Of a stretch of DNA of 64,000 nucleotides, positions 59,201 to 64,000 are shown one piece after another. The translations under genes and the position numbers were made by a program. The stretch's first letter is position 1. Each line of letters begins with the position of its first letter. This DNA is from Carcharhinus longimanus (Eukaryota): the NCBI GenBank assembly GCA_030264375.1, contig JASCQW010000119.1, forward strand, positions 8,796,506-8,860,505. The letters run 5' to 3'. The notes beneath the pieces were generated by a model that was not told where the DNA came from, searched no databases, and was given only the letters and a program-made list of their open reading frames with translations.

Positions 59201-62200
59201 TGCAGAAGGTGCTGAAGGAACCAACAAGAGTAAATAACATTTGGCCTCATTCTTACCAAACAACCAGCTGCACATGAATCTGTCCATGGCAGCATCATTA
59301 AGAGAGACCATTGCACAGTCTCTGCGCAGACGACGGCCCATCTTCACAATATGAACAAATTCCATTTTCTTGCATGCCACTATCATTGTGCTAAGTGGGA
59401 CATCTAGCAACTCAAGACTGAGCAACCGTGAGCTGTGTGCCATCAACAGCAGCGGTACAGTATTCCAGCACAATCTGCAACATCGTGGCCTGGCATATCC
59501 CCCACTCACCATTACCATCAAGCCAGGGGATCAACCCTGGTTCAATGGAGAGTCCAGAAAGGCATGTCAGGAGGAGCAGTTGGCAATCTAAACATGCTAT
59601 GTCAATCTGATGAAGCTAGCAAACAGGGCTGCTTGCATGTCAAACAGCAAAATCGAGAAGTGATAATAAGACCAAAATGATCCCACAAATAAAATATCAG
59701 CTTTAAGCTTTGCCGTCCTTCCAAATCCAACGGCTAGAAAATTAAACTACTCACTGCAGGAGGAAGCTCCACAAATATCCCCATCCTTAATGATGGAAGA
59801 TCCCTTTTGATAGCACTATTCCACCAATTCTGCTGGGTCTATTGTGTCATTGGGGCGATGGTCAATTGTGTTGGGATCCCAGTGTAAAAGATAAAGTTGA
59901 AGTATTCGCAGCAGCCTTCAGCTAGAAGTGTCGAGTGGATGATACATCTCGGCCTCCTCTAGTGCTCCAAACTTGCCGCTCACCTTGCCAAGTTCTTCCA
60001 GTACAGATACAGAATTGAAGTCTACCAACAACGTGGAACACTTACCAAGCTACGACCTGTTCAAAAAAAAAGCAGGGCAAATCCAGCCCGGCCTGTTAGC
60101 ACCCAATCAGTCTACTGTTGATCACCAGTAAACATTATGTGTTGGCTGGAGTCATTAGCAGTGCTATCACGCAGCACCTGCTCAGCATTAAGCTGCTCAG
60201 TGACGCCCAATTCGGGTTTTGCGAGGACCATTCAGCTTGTCACCTCACTACGGCCTTTGCTGAAACATGTACTAAGGGGCTGAATTCCAATGGGGATGTG
60301 AGAATGACAGCCCTTAAGATCACCAAGGCCGCATTCAACCGAGTGTGGCATCAAGGAGTCATTGTAAAACTGGAATCAATATGTTTCTCGGGCAAGCCCT
60401 CTGCTGTCTGGTGTCATACCTGTCACATGGGAAGATGGTTACGCTCGTGGAACATCAGTCATTTCAGCTCTAGGATATTTCTGCAGGAGTCCCTCAGCTG
60501 TTCGTTCAATGAAATTCATAAATTCAGAAGTAGGATATTCACAGATCACTGCAAATTTCAGCAGCACTCGCAACTCCGCAGATACTGAACAACCCACGTT
60601 CGAATGCAGCAAGATCAAGAGCATATTCAGGCTTGTGCTGGTAAGTGGCAAATAACATTTGCGCCACACACATGCCAGACAATGACCATCACCAGTAAGA
60701 AACACTCTAACAACACGTCTTATCATTCAATGGTGTAACCATCACTGATTCCCCCACTGTCAACTTCCTAAGGGTTACCATTAACAAGAAACTCAATTAG
60801 GCACACCACATAGACACAGTGGCTACAACAGCAGGTCAGTTGCTAGGAACAGAGAGTAACTTGCCTCCTGACTCCCCGGATTCTGTCCATCCTCTGCAAG
60901 GCACAGTTCAGGCGTGTGATGGAATCCTTCCCAAGTGCCTGGGTGGGTGAAACTCCTAAAAAAAAAACAAGCAGCTTGACACAATCTAGGAAAATGCAGC
61001 CTGCTTGATTGGCACTCCATTTCCAAATAATCAATCATCCAACACCGATGCTCATTAGCAGCAGTGTGTGTTGCCCACAAGATGCACTACATCAATTCAC
61101 CAAATATCCTTAGGCAGAACTTTCCAACCTCACACCCATTTCCATCTAGAAGGATAAGAGCAACAGATACATGGGAAAATCCACCACTGCAAGTTCCCCT
61201 CCAAGCTCCATAGCATACTGACTTGGAAATATATTGATGTTCCTTCGCAGTCGCTGGGTTAAATCTTGGAAATCCCTCTCTTACGGCATTTTTGGTCAAA
61301 CCTCAGAATTTGGACTGCAGCGGCTCAAGAAGGAAGCTCACCATCACCTTATCTAGGGAACTTAGGGATGGAAAATAATTTTTTGCAAACCAGCGACGCT
61401 GATGTCGCACAAATAAATGAACAAAAAAAAAATTGGCTGACTGTGACATCGAGAGAGGCTAGAACATGTGAAGAATTGGGAATCAGTGGGACACGTCTTC
61501 AATCTTTGGTGCCATCACTAGCTCAATGGCATTCCTGTTTATTATTTCAAGATAAAAAAAAATCAACTGGAGTTCAATATTCCAGAACCCCAGTCTAAAT
61601 AATTTTCAGATGTTTCGTCAATAATTTTCACTCTCAAATTTGACAAAACGATGTGGATGTTTGATGAAGATAATGTTGCCCTCGTTACCATTCCAGCACG
61701 TTTTGGCATTGGAGCTTCATTTTATGACATGGTACAAAATCTGCACGGGAAAAAAAAAACTCTTAATGTGCACTAGTGACACGTAAAATTGTGGGCCGTG
61801 TGTGGTGATTATTCATTGTCAAACTTTCTGGCAATATATGATTTTCGAAGACCTGTGTTACAATTTGAAAACATAACTTTATTTGAACAACAATACTGGA
61901 AAGAAATTATTGAAGTTTAGTAGTCCCCTCAATCATAGCACAACCATACTTCTCCAATGCGTTCTGAAGTATAGACTTCGAGTCAGATCAACCATACACT
62001 CCCTCATTAGATACATCCACATTTGCTTCATTTTGAATTCATCATCTTCAACATGCAGAAATAAGCAATAACACATGCTATAAATTGCAACCAATTGCAC
62101 CTCACCTTCTGGCATATTGCTGTTTCATTTGTCTGTAAATTCAGGACCAATCTTCCTTTATTGGCTATTGCAATATTCTGTATCCCTCAGTAATCAGAAG

Positions 62201-63431
62201 TCTGGCCACTAAGTTCACATTGATCCTTACCACAAATTTCCCTCGGGTCACTAAAACAAATTAAAACTTGATCCCGCATCGGTGATTGCATCCGAACCAT
62301 CAGGACAGTGTATAAGCCCTTTCATCAAGTTGCCCTGAGTGCTCCACCACTACAAACACTACCAATAAAACGTGTTTCATTCTTCCGTTAGAATGCGGTT
62401 CCATCCGAACGTCCTTTGCAATCACACACCACGGAAATCTGTCATAGGCAACAAAAAAAAAGCAATTCTACAAAACATTGATAAAGTAGCTTAACTATTT
62501 CCAAAATGTTGACCCATATATATTTTAAATCATCATCGTACGTTTAAACTTCTTATTGTTTTTAATATGTGGCAGATGTCTCACTCCTTTGCTTATGTAT
62601 ATGATTTAACCACATTTATCGTGATGCTAGACATTTTGCCAACGCCTTCAAAATCAAAGGATTGGACATCTTCACCAACCTATTAAGATTATATCCTCCA
62701 AGCTATTCCAGGACATGTTAGCATTAAAATTTCTAGAGATTACATGAAAACAAAAGCTGAACAGAATCCAGTCCTGTGCACAACAGTAACTTGCAATACC
62801 CATGTAGAAAAATTGCCAGAACATAGTCATTCTGAAAAGGTGAAAACCTCAGAATCCTGCTAAAATTTCAATTATTGGACAAAGTTTGGCATCTCAGAAC
62901 TTGCATCCTGTGGAACAATTTGGAAAATAAAGCTACAGTGAAATGACAGAGGATGTGAATTATTCAGCTCGTAAATGAACATCATGCCTCAATGCACAAT
63001 TTCCAGGTTCACTTGCGTAGTTTTGTGAAGTTCCAAAAACTGTCAAAAAAATAAATATATATATATATATATCTTGCGTAGTCCATTGACTCAGTCACAG
63101 ATGCACGAACGTTGAAAGATGTATTGCATGTCGTCGCCATTGCAGGTGCAGAGCAAACTTAGTTCCAAAGTACAATATATTTCCCACGAGATTCTCATTT
63201 TGGTTGAGGAATTCAGTTGGATTAGATATATTTTATTCAGTGAAAATCATCTGCTTGAATGCACTTCCAGAAATTTACAATCAGATATTCTCCAACTCTT
63301 TTGCGGATCTGCCGACAAAATTACCGAGAAATTTCAGTGGTGCTCCAGTTATAAAATCCTAACTTGCAGAAACATGTTTTCCCCTGTTCTTTTTTTCTGC
63401 ATAGACATTGAATCCCTTAACAAAAAATGGA
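2499..63431 (+). CDS. Partial multi-exon gene: 21 phase-1 micro-exons (36/27/15 nt) encoding a ~204-aa coiled-coil segment; identity unknown, 5' and 3' ends not seen
   Basis: Each exon has an AG acceptor (one exception, at 5865) and a GT donor, a length divisible by 3 and the same phase. Joined translation has no stop: (E)IKDLEAKVERL-EADLEEKAK-DIQETDRKVKEL-EKTYL-DMKTCEVSLNQL-EEKLKANEK-ELSECEDALKDF-QNLKN-ELSSRLQTENDT-KEKLNTTEK-ELEKCKEALKKS-EKNAANKDK-ELDELEQKC-REETDEKNL-VLQDLNNTQEEL-EKLKR-DLTYCLEDVKKL-EDKLKDKKR-ELFDCQESLKQL-EYQLGGKEK-DIESLNKKW. Confidence 0.85.
4026..4052 (+). CDS. Micro-exon 2 (27 nt): EADLEEKAK
   Basis: ttcttgcag|AAGCTGATCTGGAGGAAAAAGCCAAAG|gtaaag. Confidence 0.85.
4680..5460 (-). 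mobile_element. CR1-clade LINE 3' fragment, degenerate
   Basis: Reverse-strand sequence resembles the RT C-terminus and 3' region of the better-preserved CR1 copies at 18873-19760 and 39085-40450. Confidence 0.65.
5865..5900 (+). CDS. Micro-exon 3 (36-nt class): DIQETDRKVKEL; the acceptor reads AA, with an in-frame alternative AG 9 nt downstream
   Basis: ggttcttttacaa|ATATCCAAGAAACCGACAGGAAAGTGAAGGAACTGG|gtgagt. Consensus donor; same length and heptad pattern as the other 36-nt exons. Confidence 0.65.
6040..6232 (-). mobile_element. V-SINE/HE1-like SINE
   Basis: tttggactgtgggaggaaaccg...acccacgcagacatg...aatgtgcaaactcca is the reverse complement of the V-domain core; related copies occur elsewhere in the window. 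Confidence 0.75.
6340..8760 (-). mobile_element. Long degenerate CR1 LINE (RT and upstream ORF2 region)
   Basis: ORF 6347-6532(-) LVRPHLNHGIQFCS...RKDVLVL and ORF 6865-7131(-) ...LTNRKQREGINS carry CR1 ORF2 motifs; many stops and frameshifts. Confidence 0.7.
8960..10230 (+). mobile_element. RTE-clade (BovB-like) LINE fragment spanning an N gap
   Basis: ORF 9359-10033 has TKLKVYSAVVLTTLPYACET...RWAGHVIRMSDERIPKQFLFGE...GRQKKRFKDSLK. A frameshifted C-terminal zinc-finger remnant (FPICARTFRAQFGPISYFRTH) follows. Confidence 0.9.
11345..11359 (+). CDS. Micro-exon 4 (15 nt): EKTYL
   Basis: ctaattcacag|AAAAGACTTATTTGG|gtaagc. Shares the acceptor 9-mer aattcacag with the 15-nt exon at 26500. Confidence 0.7.
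11975..12272 (-). mobile_element. V-SINE/HE1-like SINE
   Basis: Similar to 6040-6232 (gtgcaaactccac core), with a tRNA-like head end (caccgtgctgcc) near 12270. Confidence 0.7.
12300..12990 (-). mobile_element. Gypsy-like pol (RNase H) remnant
   Basis: Minus-strand translation near 12870-12950 reads STVEAVHGDNQFLKGLSFQISTDHAL, resembling the Ty3/Gypsy RNase H motif AIVxAVxxxxxYLxGxxFxxxTDHxxL. Confidence 0.45.
14615..14830 (-). mobile_element. V-SINE/HE1-like SINE, diverged
   Basis: gactgtgggaggcaatcggagcaccc core; tail shared with the 11975 and 33985 copies. Confidence 0.65.
15150..16250 (-). mobile_element. CR1 LINE 3' fragment, degenerate
   Basis: ORF 15254-15451(-) ends KGVLDEHMHIQRIEGYGP, the CR1 ORF2 C-terminus also seen in other copies here. 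Confidence 0.65.
16480..17430 (-). mobile_element. Rex1/Babar-like LINE fragment
   Basis: Minus strand reads FMFSDATTVVG...EIDNL...DYNLSLNVK, matching the KFADDTTVVG...NNLxLNVxKTKE motif of Rex1/Babar reverse transcriptase. Confidence 0.6.
18820..19760 (-). mobile_element. CR1 LINE RT fragment, relatively young
   Basis: ORFs 19485-19667 (DVMYMDFSKAFDKVPH) and 18873-19481 (SKFVDDTK...WQMEFNPDKCEVMHFG...RDLGVQ...VRPHL). Confidence 0.92.
19770..20430 (+). mobile_element. CR1 LINE 3' fragment, highly degenerate
   Basis: gtgagaccagaactggagcattgtgtgcaattctg (VRPxLExCVQF) followed by 3'-end-like sequence. Confidence 0.55.
20574..20609 (+). CDS. Micro-exon 5 (36 nt): DMKTCEVSLNQL
   Basis: gaattgtag|ATATGAAGACATGCGAAGTATCACTGAACCAGTTAG|gtgaga. 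Confidence 0.85.
21047..21073 (+). CDS. Micro-exon 6 (27 nt): EEKLKANEK
   Basis: ctgcaatag|AGGAAAAACTCAAAGCAAACGAAAAAG|gtaatt. Confidence 0.85.
21981..22035 (+). repeat. (CA)n microsatellite, imperfect
   Basis: Direct reading. Confidence 0.95.
22180..23385 (+). mobile_element. CR1 LINE, internally deleted
   Basis: MGEILNEYVASAF; KKAQDMLAFIGRG; LEGVQKR..FTRML; TQRVVRAY...GIEGY. The core RT segment is missing near 22730. Confidence 0.8.
24015..24050 (+). CDS. Micro-exon 7 (36 nt): ELSECEDALKDF
   Basis: ctacactgcag|AACTAAGCGAATGCGAAGACGCCTTGAAAGATTTTC|gtgaga. Confidence 0.85.
24850..25620 (+). mobile_element. CR1 LINE 3' fragments around an N gap
   Basis: FFTQNLVSLWNSL...HLDSYM...IEGYGP; ELKRGIRKAKRGHEMALAGRIKE; a 3' tail with (tgttctt)n after the gap. 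Confidence 0.8.
25936..25999 (+). repeat. Compound (CAA)n/(TAA)n microsatellite
   Basis: Direct reading. Confidence 0.95.
26500..26514 (+). CDS. Micro-exon 8 (15 nt): QNLKN
   Basis: ctcaaattcacag|AGAATCTAAAGAATG|gtaagt. Confidence 0.8.
26687..26725 (+). repeat. (GT)n microsatellite
   Basis: Direct reading. Confidence 0.95.
27750..29700 (+). mobile_element. Possible ancient Gypsy-like internal region
   Basis: Scattered motif remnants: KRFCL...HSHPLP near 28575-28640 (cf. RFCxDYxxLNxxTxxDxYPLP) and LHCKPAHLAIERT near 29150-29190 (cf. integrase HxxxGHxGxxxT). Very degraded. Confidence 0.35.
29868..29903 (+). CDS. Micro-exon 9 (36 nt): ELSSRLQTENDT
   Basis: ccgtattacag|AACTAAGCAGTCGCCTCCAAACGGAAAATGATACAA|gtaagc. 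Starts AACTAAGC like exon 7, and has CGC at the position where paralogous exons have TGC. Confidence 0.8.
30897..30923 (+). CDS. Micro-exon 10 (27 nt): KEKLNTTEK
   Basis: ttctttaacag|AAGAGAAACTCAATACAACGGAAAAAG|gtaact; clearly paralogous to exon 6. Confidence 0.85.
31635..31670 (+). CDS. Micro-exon 11 (36 nt): ELEKCKEALKKS
   Basis: gtgtctttcag|AACTGGAAAAATGCAAAGAGGCTTTAAAGAAATCAG|gttgat. Confidence 0.8.
32233..32270 (+). repeat. (GT)n microsatellite abutting an N gap
   Basis: Direct reading. Confidence 0.95.
33037..33063 (+). CDS. Micro-exon 12 (27 nt): EKNAANKDK
   Basis: aattcttcag|AGAAAAATGCTGCAAATAAGGATAAAG|gtatct. Confidence 0.8.
33285..33980 (-). mobile_element. CR1 LINE 3' fragment, degenerate
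   Basis: Reverse complement resembles the 3' end of the 39085-40450 copy. Confidence 0.55.
33985..34295 (+). mobile_element. V-SINE/HE1-like SINE
   Basis: tRNA-like head with B-box ggttcgattcc near 34040, V-domain (ctgcgtggttttcttccgggcg), and the tail shared with the other copies. Confidence 0.75.
35030..35780 (-). mobile_element. CR1 LINE 3' fragment, degenerate
   Basis: ttccacaacttccactggcagc...aatactccaaatgtggc matches the CR1 3' region on the minus strand. Confidence 0.55.
36680..37280 (+). mobile_element. Ancient CR1 RT fragment
   Basis: ttacaaagtgacata...caatggtcaaaaatgttccaa...tataat (LQxDIxxLxxWxxxWQxxFN remnant) and a gttaagacct (VRP-like) remnant. Confidence 0.45.
37690..37935 (+). 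mobile_element. Rex1/Babar-like LINE 3' end
   Basis: TNRLKNIFFTAAVRFLN C-terminal motif followed by a 3' UTR ending acaataataaataaaatcaaa. Confidence 0.6.
38100..38126 (+). CDS. Micro-exon 13 (27 nt): ELDELEQKC
   Basis: atatttttcag|AGTTGGATGAACTGGAGCAGAAGTGCA|gtaagt. Confidence 0.85.
39085..40450 (+). mobile_element. CR1 LINE RT and 3' end, 5'-truncated, broken ORF2
   Basis: ORFs 39087, 39403 and 39932 give VDVVILDFHKMFDKVPH, GSVLGPQLFTIYIDNL, NFANDTK, WQMEYNVHKCEV and RRNFFSQRVLNPWNSL; the tail reads ttatgttcttatg. Confidence 0.93.
41039..41065 (+). CDS. Micro-exon 14 (27 nt): REETDEKNL
   Basis: ttctttttctttcag|GAGAAGAAACCGACGAAAAGAACTTGG|gtaagc. Confidence 0.85.
41285..41430 (+). mobile_element. 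CR1 3' UTR fragment
   Basis: agccatgatcttgttcaatggcggggcaggctcgaagggctagatggcc...(ttatgttc)n; similar to 40370-40450 and 54080-54160. Confidence 0.8.
42256..42291 (+). CDS. Micro-exon 15 (36 nt): VLQDLNNTQEEL
   Basis: gaattttcag|TACTCCAAGACCTCAACAATACTCAGGAAGAATTGG|gtgaga. Confidence 0.85.
45710..46150 (-). mobile_element. CR1 LINE 3' fragment
   Basis: caggcccttcgg...ctacttctccaggcagcgacttccaggcacacatcactctc, typical of the CR1 3' region on the minus strand. Confidence 0.55.
49279..49293 (+). CDS. Micro-exon 16 (15 nt): EKLKR
   Basis: tctcattgcag|AAAAACTAAAGAGAG|gtaggt. Confidence 0.8.
50126..50161 (+). CDS. Micro-exon 17 (36 nt): DLTYCLEDVKKL
   Basis: ataccattgcag|ATCTCACATATTGCTTGGAAGATGTTAAAAAATTAG|gtggga. 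Confidence 0.85.
   Translation: MSHIAWKMLKN
51294..51320 (+). CDS. Micro-exon 18 (27 nt): EDKLKDKKR
   Basis: cttccaaacag|AAGACAAACTAAAGGATAAAAAGAGAG|gtagcg. Confidence 0.8.
52330..52800 (+). mobile_element. CR1 LINE 3' fragment
   Basis: gtcatgttgcagctgtataacaacttggtgaagccata (VMLQLYxxLVxP) through the 3' UTR ttggagggcccagggcctg. Confidence 0.65.
53900..54163. mobile_element. CR1 pieces flanking an N gap: minus-strand RT piece on the left, plus-strand 3' tail on the right
   Basis: gacacgacttccctttaacgaaaccatgctg is the reverse complement of QHGFVKGKSC; catgatcttattgaatggcg...(cttatgtt)n is the 3' tail. Confidence 0.75.
54628..54663 (+). CDS. Micro-exon 19 (36 nt): ELFDCQESLKQL
   Basis: aatttttacag|AACTGTTTGATTGCCAAGAATCATTAAAGCAACTAG|gtgcgc. 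Confidence 0.85.
57131..57157 (+). CDS. Micro-exon 20 (27 nt): EYQLGGKEK
   Basis: tttttcttaatag|AATATCAACTAGGTGGAAAGGAAAAAG|gtactg. Confidence 0.8.
58350..61432 (+). mobile_element. Near full-length degenerate CR1/L2-group LINE (APE + RT) with a tRNA-like Pol III 5' head
   Basis: A-box tggtctagtgg (58356-58366) and B-box ggttcaaatcc (58410-58420). APE N-terminus PKLGEL...KQQLDVTILTGSYL...IPGY near 58740-58865. RT LLSDAQFGF...AFNRVWHQG (ORF 60118-60588). A-rich tail ending at 61432. Confidence 0.8.
61700..63050 (-). mobile_element. Possible ancient Gypsy-like integrase/pol remnant
   Basis: Only weak, broken motif resemblance on the minus strand; not verifiable by eye. Confidence 0.25.
63405..63431 (+). 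CDS. Micro-exon 21 (27 nt): DIESLNKKW
   Basis: tttttttctgcatag|ACATTGAATCCCTTAACAAAAAATGGA|gtaagt. Counterpart of exon 13 (ends TGGA vs TGCA, same gtaagt donor). Confidence 0.85.
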
Positions 63432-64000
63432 GTAAGTAGCAGATGCACTTCCAGCCATTGGAATGTAACTTTCACACTTATGAATCCGAAGACGATATGC
63501 TCCCATCGTACTGATATGACTAAAATGCATTAATGATAAAAAAGGAAAATCGCAAAATTCGTTCTTTTCAATAGCTGATTATTAAAAATGGAAATGTTTC
63601 AATATCTGTTCTGAAAAAGAAACAGCATATGGATCTGAACCTGACTGTTGTTATCTAACAAATTTATTCTAAAACTGGGTCCTAATTTTATCTGCATCTG
63701 TAGCTGGTATACAATGATTGTATTAATGTGTACACACCTGATCTCTGTGCCGCCAAAAAGTGAAATATTCACGTAGATTCAAAACAAAACAGCTGTGAAA
63801 GGCTAACATGAAACTCTGTATCAGATTGATGAAATATCTTTGGTTGAACATGTCTTCAATATCTGAACTTTTCGATCCCCTTGCTGTCATTTTCAGTGTT
63901 TTTTTTTGTTTGTTTTTCTGTTGATAATTTTCTTTTGAAGTTTGGAACACCCTTCCGATTTTTCGTTCTTGTCTGCGTAAGCCTTGGTAAGTAAATGAAA

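Noticed and set aside
1-64000. CRISPR arrays, operons, rRNA or true tRNA genes
   Set aside because: None seen. The sequence is vertebrate intronic DNA, and the tRNA-like A/B boxes belong to SINE or LINE heads.

Overview
This is eukaryotic, repeat-rich DNA, most likely from a shark or other cartilaginous fish. That call is inferred from V-SINE/HE1-like SINEs, CR1-type LINEs, RTE, Rex1/Babar and Harbinger fossils. There are several N gaps, and no long non-TE ORF in the six-frame track. Reading splice signals directly reveals the interior of one plus-strand gene across the whole window: 21 symmetric phase-1 micro-exons of only 36, 27 or 15 nt, between 2499 and 63431. Joined in order they give a stop-free 612-nt frame (204 codons) encoding a heptad-patterned, K/E/L-rich coiled coil with periodic core cysteines and three N-x-T sequons. 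Exon lengths follow a higher-order pattern: 36-27-36-15, 36-27-36-15, 36-27-36-27-27-27-36-15, 36-27-36-27-27. Neither the start nor a clear end of the gene lies in the window, so I cannot name it. Introns are filled with decayed transposons, including an ~3.1-kb LINE with a tRNA-like Pol III head. TE boundaries are approximate and were set by eye.
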